A DNA stretch of 64,000 bases. Source: Selaginella moellendorffii. Its lineage: Eukaryota; Plantae; Lycopodiophyta. Within the stretch, counting starts at the first letter, position 1. Every line of letters begins with the position of its first letter. Positions 22,210-33,539 of the stretch are shown piece after piece. The translations under genes were made by a program, and so were the position numbers. Where the stretch lies: NCBI RefSeq assembly GCF_000143415.4, contig NW_003314341.1, forward strand, positions 229,869-293,868, written 5' to 3'. A model generated the notes under the pieces. That model was given only the letters and a program-made list of their open reading frames with translations, was not told the origin of the DNA and made no database searches.

Positions 22210-23884
22210 ATCAATGAGTAATTAGAGAAGTCACCAGCTGAGCTGCATAGATTGAATCCCAATACCGAGGCCTATGTCTCTTTCCAGTAGTCTCAGTCCC
22301 CAGGAATGGAGCAGCATAACTTGCCATCCACTGCATTGTGCGGATGTGGAAGTTCTAAGAACGCTGTGCTGCCACTAGAGAGGAGTGGATGATGTTGATG
22401 CCATACTTGGGACGTCGATTTGGATGTGGCCGTGAATGGGGATCAAAGCATTTTAGATCTGTGGATGAAAATCGCCACCAAAAGCATTCCACATTCTCAT
22501 TTGCCGGCCAACGCAGCTCGATGAGCGGCAGATCCAATGGATGACAAGGTCCTAGGAGCGAAGATCCACGAGTAGAGCAGCGCTTGATCGGTAGTCAAGC
22601 TGGACAACTTTTTGGCATTATGGGAGGGACCTTCAATCCTTGATCAAAACAGCACCCAGATTGACTGCTCTTGATCACTTCCATAGGAAAGAAAAATCTA
22701 AGAGGAAACTGGTCTTTTTTCCTTTTTCCTTTTAATTTTGTAATGCAACTTTGCGCTAGACCCATATTGACTGCTCCTGGTCAAACCAGCGCACTGACGG
22801 CTGTGGCAAATCGCCCATGACCTGGAAAATTTCGCTTGCTCCTGCTGCTCGTATCCACAATGTTTGTTCTTGTACGAGACGAGAACACCAAGGTATGAGC
22901 CAGGGCTTGTCAATTGGTTTGGATGGAAAGTTATGATGATGCGGTGGTCAATGAGCAAGAGCAAAACTGTCAAGAGCTTGTGCAATGGCTTTCTTTCTGT
23001 TTCACCGCTGATTTCTTGATGAAAGCTCCGGGCGCAGAGGGAAATATGGTACTATATCCACGATCAAATCATTCCCGAGGATCGCTCCAGTCTTTCTCCG
23101 AGCTAGAGCCTGCTCTCATGCTAGATAAAAAACGCAGGCCATTCTCACAAATCATACTACCTACATATAGGTGGAGTTTCAAGACGGTATGACATGGAAA
23201 TTGATGGAAGTTTAGATCTGAGACAAGCAGCACCATAAGCTCTTCCCACGCTTGAAAATAAGCGAAGAGAAATGTTTAGATGTTGGATTTTTGTGCCATT
23301 TTTTAAAATTCTGCTAATTACTTGCTTGGAGAAGCTTGCACTAGCTCGGCAATCTGCTCGTCCAGGCCATTGCACATCGTCTGCGAGAGCGCTGAAGGGA
23401 TCGATCTAGTTGTTTAGTAAGGCGTGCCAAAGAAACGCCATAGCTTGGAACGTTTAGATTACGGCACTTGCCCAGGAGACGAATCCGGAGCAATGACACG
23501 CGCTCATTTCAGAGATGCCACAGAACATGATTTCTTTCAAGAATTACAAAGACACTCAATCAATTTTCACTTGAAGAAACTCCAAAGAAGGATCCGGATT
23601 TTCTCGTTCTTTCAGGCCAAGCTCTATTTCTGGATCAAAGAAATTTGCCCTGCCAGAACTTGAAATCCTGTACAATTGAATGTTGTTGAAACCCAGCGGT
23701 ATTGGAATGACGAAATCTGGTAAGTTTCTAGCTTCTAATCCTTTCTAGCCGGCCTTCCCGTTCACCGTACTTCCACGCAATACACGTGTGCCCATGACTT
23801 ATGTCATTCCTCCAAAGTCTAGGTTTTGCATGTGATCCGATTCCATGAATTTGAATTGGAGAATGCTGGTGTATCCAGACGTGT

Positions 23885-25549
23885 CTAGTGCAGACATGGA
23901 AGACAAGATTTCTGACTGCTGATAAAGCCTGTTCTCATGCACCCTGGACAATCATCCCCAATATCTAGGGAAACCATCTTCACCTTGACGTTGAGATGCT
24001 CGAGCTTGCGCATCACTTGACCAACAATCTCTTGTCTGTCATTGAACGACCACTTCTTCCCCTTCTCAGCCAGCTTGACAGTATCGAACCAGTTAACGGT
24101 GAACTTGGTGAGATTGAAGAGCGGTACAAGAATGCAGAAGTCGAGCTCTTTGTCATTGCCATGGTGGACTCGGAGGAACTCAAGTGCTCGCTCAAATGCT
24201 TGCCCGAGTCGCAGCGCACGCTCCTCTGTAACGGTGACCTGGTATAAAGATCCATTCACGATGAAGTCCCACTCAGCGTTCCTAGCTGAGGAAGGCTTGA
24301 ACAGGGCATTCTTGTGGCCTGGCAGGATCTGTGCCGGGAAAACAGCCTCACGCCCAGCTCCTGCCTTCCGATCCAGATCATATCTTGAAGCAACCTTTGG
24401 GAAGCCCCCCTGCAGAACTGGCCCAAACTCCCCATTTTCTTGGAGCTCCCTGTACTGTAGCTTACTACCCTTCGGAATGATCACTTCACAAATAAAATGC
24501 TCCAACAGCTTTCCCTGGACATCCCTGAGAGCGTCTGGTTGCTCTACCGACAGAAAGCGCTTCAGATCGGGTAACGGGAGATTTGATAGCAGCTGCTGTT
24601 CAACGTAGGGACTCGCAAGAGCCAAGCGGTAAGCCGAGTAAGTGCTCTCATCCACAATCATGTGGAGCACCTTGTGACTCTGGTCTTCCTGCAGTGACTG
24701 GAGCTTGATAATCTGGTCGAAATCCCTCACGGCCCCAATGGCACTGCGTATCTCCATTTGGACATCTGGCCCTATCTTCTCCAGCACATAGTAAGGCACA
24801 CCACCCCATTTGAGGAAGCGTTCACTCACTTCTTCTGGATCATGCCCAAAGTTGTGCTCGTTGAGGGCCAGAAGCTCATTTTCTGTCCAGACTGGATCGA
24901 AGAACTTCCGGACGCTGCCGGCCTTTGCAAACTCATAGTAATCAGCTTTGACCGGAGAACACGTTAGCAAGAACTTGCAGCGCAAAGCCCAATCCGAACT
25001 TGGTATCGAATTGTCAGCAAGATACCAGGGCTGATTACCACGAGCCCATAGCGCGTCCGAAATGTCCCTATGCTCCTCCACTTTGAGTTGGTCGTCATCC
25101 GTCCAAGAGACACATATGTAGTCACGAATTGTAGGTAGCCTGATGATGATGTTGCGTTTCATGGCCAGCAGTTTCCACAACGCCAGCCACAAAAACCCTG
25201 TCTTACCGATGCCAGGATTCCCCAGCAAGACTGCGCCTGCCCTGGGCATCCCTTTCTCCTTCGCCACCACCTCATTGTGTTGCCACACAAGATTAAAAAT
25301 GGGATCGTAGCACTCGCGGACGAGGAGCTTTCGGTTTATGCGCCCCGTGAGCCACCACTCGCTAACATCGTCAGGCAGATCCAGGAATGCGGCCTGTGCT
25401 GGAGGAGCGCCTTTGTCCACCTTGACTTGATTGCACACTTCGACCTTGATTCTGGCACGCTCCAGAGCTGCTATAGCCCTTACCGGATCCGCCCGTTTGT
25501 GCAGCTGCCGTCGAGGTGCCCACAGTGCACCACACCGCCCCACCCACAT
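23885..25549 (-). CDS. Crinkler/RHS-type P-loop NTPase + restriction-endonuclease-fold protein, single open ORF (first ATG 25549, frame open to 25606)
   Basis: LLVRECY, AVLLGNPGIGKT (Walker A), WYLAD, LLTCSP...YYEFAK, PVWTENEL, ERFLKWGGVPYYV, SHKVLHM, ASPYV, GKLLE, FKPSSARNAEWDFIV...LYQVTV. This is the motif order of CR-type NTPase+REase proteins as I recall it. Confidence 0.8.
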   Translation of the reverse strand: MWVGRCGALWAPRRQLHKRADPVRAIAALERARIKVEVCNQVKVDKGAPPAQAAFLDLPDDVSEWWLTGRINRKLLVRECYDPIFNLVWQHNEVVAKEKGMPRAGAVLLGNPGIGKTGFLWLALWKLLAMKRNIIIRLPTIRDYICVSWTDDDQLKVEEHRDISDALWARGNQPWYLADNSIPSSDWALRCKFLLTCSPVKADYYEFAKAGSVRKFFDPVWTENELLALNEHNFGHDPEEVSERFLKWGGVPYYVLEKIGPDVQMEIRSAIGAVRDFDQIIKLQSLQEDQSHKVLHMIVDESTYSAYRLALASPYVEQQLLSNLPLPDLKRFLSVEQPDALRDVQGKLLEHFICEVIIPKGSKLQYRELQENGEFGPVLQGGFPKVASRYDLDRKAGAGREAVFPAQILPGHKNALFKPSSARNAEWDFIVNGSLYQVTVTEERALRLGQAFERALEFLRVHHGNDKELDFCILVPLFNLTKFTVNWFDTVKLAEKGKKWSFNDRQEIVGQVMRKLEHLNVKVKMVSLDIGDDCPGCMRTGFISSQKSCLPCLH

Positions 25550-25637
25550 TTCGCCAAACCTAAACCGAGAAAGGTGGTAGCTTTTTAGCGGGATAACCAA
25601 CCCCAAAATCTCAATGATATGTAGTAGTTGTCAATAA

Positions 25638-28600
25638 TCATACTCTATGCATGTTTGAAAGCATAACCAGAGCAGCAGCTTGATCCTCCCGACCAAAGAT
25701 CTTCTTCATCGCTCGACATCCCCGTTCCACTTCCTGATGGATGGAACAGCCACCAAGTATGCTCATCCACATCACCGGATCATCTTCCTTGTCACTAAAC
25801 TTTTTGGCAGCCTTCATCGTCTCCTCCGCTTCTGCCAGCCGCCCTGTTCGTCCCAGGAGATCAATCACGCACCCCAAGTGATGCTTGCCAGCCTCCAGTC
25901 CGTAATCCAGTGTCATGCACGCGAAGAACTCGAGTGCCTCGTCGATCGCTCCCACGCTGCTGCAAGCCGACAGCAGTGCCACAAAGACGACGTCGTCCGG
26001 GATGAGACCCTCTTGCTGAAGCAGCCAGAAAATCTCGAGAGCCTTCCATCCCTGTGCGTTTCGTGCGTAAGCCACCATCATGCTCGTCCACAGCACCATG
26101 TCCCGAGAGCTGCTTAAGCCGTCCAAGACGCTCCTGGCCTCCTCCACACTTCCACATCTTCCATACATATCCACCAGAGCCGACCCGACGATGCCACACG
26201 ACTTGAGCGATCCAGCAGCCGCGTCTTCGATCTGGCTGTGGATCTTCCTGCCTCGAGCAAGAGCGCCCAAGTTTCCACACGCACGGATGACGCTCAGGCA
26301 TCCGGCCTTGGTGTGGACGGGAGCCTCGCCCCGTCTCTCCCCGAGCTCGAAGAGTTCCATCACTTTGCCGTGCTCGTCGTGCTGCGAAAAAGTCGTGAGG
26401 ATTGACCCCCAGGTAGCGGAGTCTCGTCGAGGCATCGAGTCGAAAGTCTCGCGGGCCGCGTCGCAGCAGTGGCTTCTGCCATACATGTTGATCGCTGCGT
26501 TGCCAACTTCAGTGTCATTATCGAGCTCGTTTCCTCTCAACGAAGCATGAATCATTCTCCCCTCGCTTATGAGCTCCGGGCTCGAGCAAACTTTGAAGAT
26601 GGTGACGAGAGCTGCCTTGTCCGGGAGCACTCCATTCTGCTGCATCCTCTTGTAAGCTCGTAGAGCTTTGCTGTGCTGCTCTGCCTGGTAGTATCCCAGG
26701 ATCATGCTCGTCCACGACACCACGTCGTGACGGTCCATCGCGTTGAAAACTTTCTCGGCGTCCTCCACGCTTCCACACCTCACGTACATGTTGAGTAGAG
26801 CCGTCTCAGTGGTGGCTTTGAGTCCCAGCTTTCTCTTGGCGATCAGCCTGTGAAGGAGCCTGCCTTGTTCTAGCCACTCGGGAGAGGAAAGTGCGTTTAA
26901 GATGCTGATATAAGTCACCTCGTCCGCAAGAATTCCCTCACACTCCATCTTCTCCAGCAGCTCCATGGCCTGTGCGATCATCCCACTCTCGGCATAAGGA
27001 CCGATGATGGAGTTCCACGAGATCACGTCCTCCCGTCGCATGGTGTCAAAGATCTCTCGAGCTTCGTCCAGCCACCCACACTTCGCATACAAGTTGACGA
27101 GCGCTGTCCCGACGATAACTTCCGATGCCAAACCAGCCTCGGACACTCGAGCATGGATTGCTCTTCCCTCTTCCAGAGCTTTCAGCTTCGCGCAAGCGTA
27201 GAGAACTGTGACGAAAGTAACTTTGTTTGGAGTCACGTCCTCGGCTTCCATTCGCTCGAAGAGAACGAGGGGCTCTCTGTGATGCGCCCGATGGGCGTAG
27301 GCCGAGATGATAGCGTTCCAAGTGATGACATCTCGAGCCGGCATCCTGTCAAACACTGCGTAGGCATCTTCGAGGCTCCCACACTTCCCATACATGTTGA
27401 CGGTAGCGTTTCCGACGATCAGCTCCGGCTCGTATCCAGCTTCCACAGCCAAAGCGTGGATTTTCTTCCCAAAGGCCAGGCTCGACGGCTTCTCGCAAGC
27501 GTTGAGAACCGTGACGAACGTAACATGGTTTGGCGTGACACCATGAAGCAACATCTCTCGCACGAGCAGGGACGTTTCCATCGTTTTCCCTTGTAACGCC
27601 CAAGCGGAGATAAGCGCCGTCCAAGTGACAACGTCACGCTCGGCCATCCTGTGAAAGACTTGAAACGCATGTTCAGGCACTCCACACTTTGCGTACATGT
27701 TGACGAGCGCATTTCCGACGATGATCTGTAGCTCACAGCCACTTTCCTTGATGCAGCTGTGGATCTTCCGGGCCTCTTCTATACTTAACGAACTCTCGCA
27801 GCTGTTAAGCACCGTCACGAAAGAAATCCTGCTTGGTCTCACCCCTTGAAGCTGCATCAAATGAAACAGCTCCAGAGCCCTGTCCGGAAGTCCGTTCCGA
27901 CCATAGGCCGCAACCAGCGAAGTCCAGCTGATGACGTTTTTGTGTGGCATCCGGTCAAACACCTCTTGTGCCTCTGAGAAGCTCCCACACTTTCCATACA
28001 GGTTGATGATCGAGTTGCCAAGAACGGAGTCGACCACTAATCCTGCCTCTAAAACGTAGCCGTGCAGCAGGAGCCCGTCCTTTAAGCGTTCCAGAGCGGC
28101 ACACGCCTCGAGCACCGGAAGAAACGCTACTGCGTCGGGCTTCAGACCTTGTAGTAGCATGCACCGAAAAACTCCAAGAGCTTTTGCGTGGAGTTTTTCT
28201 CGGTTGAAGGCTCCAATAATCGTTGTCCACGGGATAACGTCCACGGATGGTTGAATTTCCTTGAACACTTCCCAAGCATGTTGGGCACTTCCGTTGTTGA
28301 GGTACATCTTGACAAGAAGTTTGCGTAAGTACACGTCTCTGTCCAGCTTTTCCTTAACAATCGCTTCATGCAACGACTTACCATCTTTCAGAGAGTTGCA
28401 CGAGCTAAGAAGCTTAGCATAAGTTCGAGCGTCCGAATGCTTATCGTCCTTCTCGCTTCCTGGAGGCGGAACGATATTTATCAGCGTTCATAGACATGTA
28501 ACGGGTGTTACGAGCATACCAGAGAAGGAAGAAGAAGTCGAGACAGCTCCTGTAAAACAAAAGAAAGCCAATGTAAGGAAAGCCAAAGCAAAAAAACAAA

Positions 28601-28669
28601 ACGCACAGGAAGAAGCTTACCACGAAAGATCATCGAATTTGGAACGTTGGATGCGAACGATAGCACCAT
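25638..28669 (-). CDS. PLS-class PPR protein with partial E domain and a Ser-rich N-terminal extension on two small 5' exons
   Basis: 911-aa ORF of NALVNMYxKCG/DVVSW repeats. The frame extends upstream to about 28459. Two GT-AG introns join it to MVLSFASNVPNSMIFRG and AVSTSSSFSG (ATG 28669). Ends AALVMLSNMHRV*. Confidence 0.88.
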
Positions 28670-29110
28670 TGCAGCATCAGCCTCTTACAGGAGGAAACCA
28701 GGAAAATTGAACTAGGAAAATGAAGAAGACAATTGTTTGCTCTAAGGCACTTTGGCCACCGGTCTATCGTTTTCTTTCTGTTGAAACGCGACCGAGCCTA
28801 TTGTCAATCTGCTTAGAACAAACTCAGAGACGTAACCTACAGACAATGCTTACCCCTTGTTCTTGAGCCACAGTGGAGAGCTTGCAACCGGATCATAGAC
28901 CCCCATTCGCAAAAGTCTAGGGGCTCCGAAGAATTTGTTGTGCTGAAAATTGCTTGTCGTTCTAGAGTGATAAATGGAACACAAAATGGAAAACTACATA
29001 CCTTATCACGTCGATTTGACATAGAAATAAGGGCAAACAGGACTTGGCTCTGGCACGCGTCATTATTGAGTGGTGCCACATGTCGCCTATTTACTTCGAA
29101 CAAGCATTTT

Positions 29111-29581
29111 TTAAACATCCTCTGGAGTGACAATAGCGCCAGGGGCTTGGCCAACGGCACTCAAACTGCCACCCGCGGCATTGGACAGCGCACCGCCGCC
29201 GCCTCCCTGCTGCAAATCGATCACCTGCCACCGCACCGCCTTGCTCAGCTGCTCGAGCCGCACGGCACTCAGCGGTGCCACGGCGGCGCCGCCGCCTCCC
29301 GCCTTGGCGGCGTCCCCCGCTACTACCCTGCCCGACACCGGGCCCGTCGCCTCATCCACCAGGCACTCGGACCCAATCCTCTGCCTCACGCTCTCCACGA
29401 ATTCCTGGGCCCGATCGCACGCGCCGTGGAAGAGCTGGTGGTTCTCGAGAAAAGAATTTAGGGCTTTGTCCGTGCGCTCCGATCGCTCCCCCGCTGCTAC
29501 TTCCTTAGCCTCCAGCGCCGCCGCGCACGCCGCGAGTAGCCTGTGGTACGAATCTTGGAGAGCCTGGAGGATGGGATCCAT
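29111..29581 (-). CDS. MED32: Mediator complex subunit 32 (plant MED2/32)
   Basis: LFHGACDRAQEFVESVRQRIGSECLVDEATG and PLSAVRLEQLSKAVRW match the plant MED32 signature; single exon. Confidence 0.9.
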   Translation of the reverse strand: MDPILQALQDSYHRLLAACAAALEAKEVAAGERSERTDKALNSFLENHQLFHGACDRAQEFVESVRQRIGSECLVDEATGPVSGRVVAGDAAKAGGGGAAVAPLSAVRLEQLSKAVRWQVIDLQQGGGGGALSNAAGGSLSAVGQAPGAIVTPEDV

Positions 29582-29680
29582 TCCAAGAACCCTAGAAATG
29601 AAGAACCCTAAAACAAAAGAAGAGGGCATTTTTTTGGTTTTAGTAGATCTGGGTGAAGAAATTCCTTTTGTTGTTGTCAA

Positions 29681-30505
29681 TCAAGTCAGCTCCTTGAGAA
29701 TGCTCTGTGCCGTTTCCTCCAGATTGAGTTTCTTGAGATCTTCGAAAGGTCTCGTGAGGTCCTGCGTCACAAAATTCTCATTACGAGAAAGATCGAGCTC
29801 GACTTTTTCTCCCTACCTTGAGCGACACAAAAATCCGTCCGCCATCGTCTCTGATCTCGAAGCAACCCTTCCGCGGCTGCGAGAAAGATGGATGTGTTAG
29901 ACGAGCGAGATCTTCGCCGCGGCCAAAAGTTCTCGCGTACCTTTTCCGGGTTGATGGAGATTTTCAAGCTTGGATCGGCCTCGATCAGCAGCGACTGGAT
30001 GTTCACGGCCCTGGTCTTGAACGAAGAGCATTGCTTGCTGCAAACCAAGAGGAAATTCTCGCAAAGTTCTATGCCAAGGAACGAGAGAAAAGGGAAGAAC
30101 TTACCAGTGCTCGATGATTATGTGCGCCTTGGACGCTGGCGGAGCCTTCTCCTTCTCCTCCTCCTTGGGGCCGGGATTGGATCTCGTCACTCGCTTGGTG
30201 CCGGGGACCAGCGGCGCCGATTCTTTCTTCTTCCTGCCCTTGGCCTTTGGCTTGCTCTCCTCTTCCTGCGAAATATTTGGCGGAGGAGCATCGTCGACGA
30301 CCTTCTTTTCTTCCACCGGAGGAGCCGCAGCGCTCGTCGCGACCTCGTCTTTCTTCTCCTCCTGCGCCTCCTCTACCTCGCCAGCGCTTTCTTTCTGCTC
30401 AATCTCCTCGGCCGCAGTATTCTTGTCGACCTGTTCGTCCTCGGATGCTTTCGCCTTCCGGGACTTTCCCGCCGCCTTGGATTTCGCCTTGCGCTTTGGC
30501 GGCAT
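29681..30505 (-). CDS. Selenoprotein H-like (Rdx/thioredoxin-fold) protein, Cys version, multi-exon
   Basis: Basic/acidic N-terminus MPPKRKAK, then IIIEHCKQCSSFKTRA...INPEKPRRGCFEIR...FVSLKDLTRPFEDLKKLNLE across GT-AG introns. Confidence 0.85.
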
Positions 30506-30921
30506 GATCAAGCGCGCAGAGGAAAGAAGAAGAAAGACGAAGAACTGCTCACGGACACTCCTCCCAGGCGCTAGGGGAAAGCGAAATGGCAAGCTCCTGG
30601 CTATGGCGCCCAAGAGGATATGCTTTATCAAAGTAGGCCCACGTGGACCATCCAACGGCCGAGATCGATGGGCTCTTTGGAGAGTTTGAAATTGCCACGT
30701 TGGATGGGGCATTCCGTACATACCGGGAATTTGCGACCGGCAGTATGGGCCACCTCCGGTTCCTTTGCCAATGAGTTTTGGTTGCGTTTAGCGCGAGAAG
30801 AAGGGCAGTACGGTGGAACCAGAGAGATTGCCTAGTGGAGATCGGGTCTTCCAGGGGTTTTAGGGTTTTCTGGGGTTCACTTAAAATCTCCTGGGGGGAG
30901 CTCACATATTTGCGACGGGCA

Positions 30922-32437
30922 ATGGCGGCAGTAGGGAATCCGCAATACAATCCCTGGTCAGGCGCGACGCCGCAACCGGAAGTGGCGATTGATGAGGTAG
31001 GGAGCTTCGATTGGAGGCGCTGGATTGGATTTCATCGTTTTCTCGATTTTTTCTCAGGTGAGGACGATCTTCGTGCTAGGTTTTCCACCAGATGTCAAGG
31101 AGCGGGAGCTCCAAAATCTCCTGCGCTGGTGGCCCGGATATGAGGCGTCGCAAATGAACTTCAAAGGCGACCAGCCAATGGGATTCGCGCTCTTCTCCAC
31201 CGCCTCAATGGCAATGGCTGCTCGAGACGCACTCCAGGCAAGCGTTAACCGGATTTTAAGTTGGTTTTTCTTTTTCTCTTTTGATCATCACAAGTAATCT
31301 TACATCGTTTTCCAGAATCTAGTGTTCGATGCCGACGCTAAGTCCGTGCTGCGTGCCGAGATGGCAAAGAAGAACTTATATGTGAAAAGAGGCAAGTAAT
31401 CTAATATCCAAGTTTTTATGATATGTCTGCTCATGATTTTTTGTTTACGGTGTCAGGTGTTACGGGGATCAATGCAGAGGGAACAGCATACGATCATAGC
31501 AAGAGAATGCGAACTGGGGGCGAGTGCACTCCTGCCTATCCTCCTCCTTTTGCACCTCCTCCGCCGCCGGCGTGGCCACCCCAGGGGTGAGTTCTTCTTT
31601 CTTCCGTTTTTATTCTTCCCATCTTGCACTGTTTCGTTTCCTCATTTCTGTTTTTTCTTTGGGGTTCTGCAGGTACATGGCTCCAGCTCCTTACGATCCT
31701 TATGGATCGTATCCAGTTGCTCAGGTACCTCCTCCGGTTCCTCCTCCTGCACCCGTGGCACCTGCTGGTTACGCTCCTGTTCAGGTAGAAGCTTTTTCTG
31801 ACGTCTTGTGTGGGGAACGTTACCACCATGTTTTGTTTCAGCAGAACACTAAGGACAATCCGCCATGTAACACTTTGTTTATTGGAAATCTCGGTGAAGC
31901 AACGAGTGAAGCGGAGCTGCGTGGGTTGTTTAGCAGGCAAGTTATTCTATCCGTGCAAACCTGATTGTTTTGACGGTTCGGAAGTGTCCGTGCAGCCAAC
32001 CAGGTTTTAGACAAATGAAAGTACTGCGCCAAGGAAGGAGCACTGTGTGTTTCATCGAGTTTGTTGTGAGCATTCACACTTTGTCCTGTGTTCGCAGTAT
32101 GTAACACTGGTGCTTTCAGGATGTAAATACAGCTATGGCAGTCCACACGAACCTTCAAGGTGCTGTTCTTTCGACTTCAGATCGTGGTGGGATGAGAATA
32201 CAATATCCTTTTTTCGGTTTCTTCGTTTGTTTTTTTCTTCGTCTTTGGTTGAATTTCCTTGACAGTTTGTGCACGTATTCGAAAAATCCTTACGGGCGGA
32301 AGAAGGAGGGACCTAGTGGGCAGCTCGATGGGATCCCTCCTCCCGGTGTGTCATCGCCAACATTAACAACATTGAGTACAATGACAAATGGTGCTACCGA
32401 TCGCAATTCAGTGACTTCAGAGACGTCGACTGCCTGA
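30922..32437 (+). CDS. Two-RRM RNA-binding protein (RBPMS/couch-potato-like plant family), multi-exon
   Basis: EVRTIFVLGFPPDVKERELQNLLRWWPGYEASQMNFKGDQPMGFALF, LRAEMAKKNL, NTKDNPPCNTLFIGNL, GMRIQYSKNPYG. Confidence 0.9.
32203..32274 (+). other. U12-type AT-AC intron
   Basis: 5' ATATCCTTT, branch point TTCCTTGAC (32255-32263), 3' AC. Removal restores MRIQ-YSKNP. Confidence 0.9.
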
Positions 32438-33539
32438 CATAAAGGGATGTATTTCCTCCGATCTTTTTAGCTCGCATCCAGCATAACATCATCTTGAACT
32501 GACTGCAAGCATGGATGGCATCGTCAGAGTCTGTATCATTGCATCGTAGGGGAGGAGGTGCGCTGATGGTCGTCTCCATACTTACTAGGTGATGGCGTTC
32601 TTCGACAAAAGATGCATTCACCGCATTTTAGAATGCAAGGTACTGGCTAGCGGGAGGAATCGGGTCGGGGGCATTATACATGATACTGGTGTGATAAAGC
32701 ATGAGGCACACAAAGCTTATCATCATCGGTCTTTGCACACAATCTTATTGTTTGGAAGCTTCTAAGCATCCATTCATTCTGAAGACATTTGTGCATTTTG
32801 TATTTCGTTGCACCGACCTTTTCTTCACTCCCCTGAGATAAACAACTTGTTTTTGTTTGGATTATTTTAGGTGCCAAACAGACAATCTTCCTTGCGAGTG
32901 ATCTAAGAAGTCGTGAAGTAATTCAAGACTCCACACGGGCCACGGTTTTGTACAAGTAAGTATATGGTTTTGCTGCAGAGGTCAGTATTTTTGTGGTACT
33001 TCTTGGGCTGCTTAAGTTGCTCATGGCGGCTTTAAATTGCATTGCCTGCGAATGCTTAAATGCTCGTCCTTTTTATTTTTTGTCGTGCTGTTCCTGCTGC
33101 TCTGTGCTGCTTGGAAAGAAAGGAGTGAATTAAAAGAGCGATGGAGTTATGTTGGTTTGCTTTGTGGTTGTTGCGTAGTTGCTTCCTCTTTCTCCATTTT
33201 CCATTCATGCACAATGGTCGGAAGGGGTCAACCGATTTCTCTCCTCCCAACAAGAACATTGAAGCATATGGAGTGTGAAATCCATTGCTCTCTGAGAAAT
33301 GGTACACGCGTCGTGAAGATGACCGGCTGACCTGATGACTTGCATTGTCTCGCAGCTGCGTTGCATCAGTGCAGGCAGGAGTAGTTTAGGCAGGGTAGCT
33401 CTAGCCATTAGAATGCTGCTTGGATTCTGGATTGTATTTAGGCAGGAAGGAAATGCTAGAGTCGTGAGCGAGTGAGCGAGCAGAGCAGCGCCTTCACTTT
33501 TCCGGATAGATTTTCTTCCGTGGAGTTGCAAGATCTGAG

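Noticed and set aside
22210-23880. Short ORFs between the two Crinkler-like loci
   Set aside because: No recognisable family or consistent splice model.
32578-32600. ATACTTAC resembling the U1 snRNA 5' end
   Set aside because: Match stops after 8 nt; no USE promoter or U1 stems seen.
33056-33410. Small minus-strand ORFs and CTGAGA...ACCTGAT (TPP riboswitch-like words) upstream of the peroxidase
   Set aside because: Spacing and helices do not fit a riboswitch, and the peptides are unrecognised.
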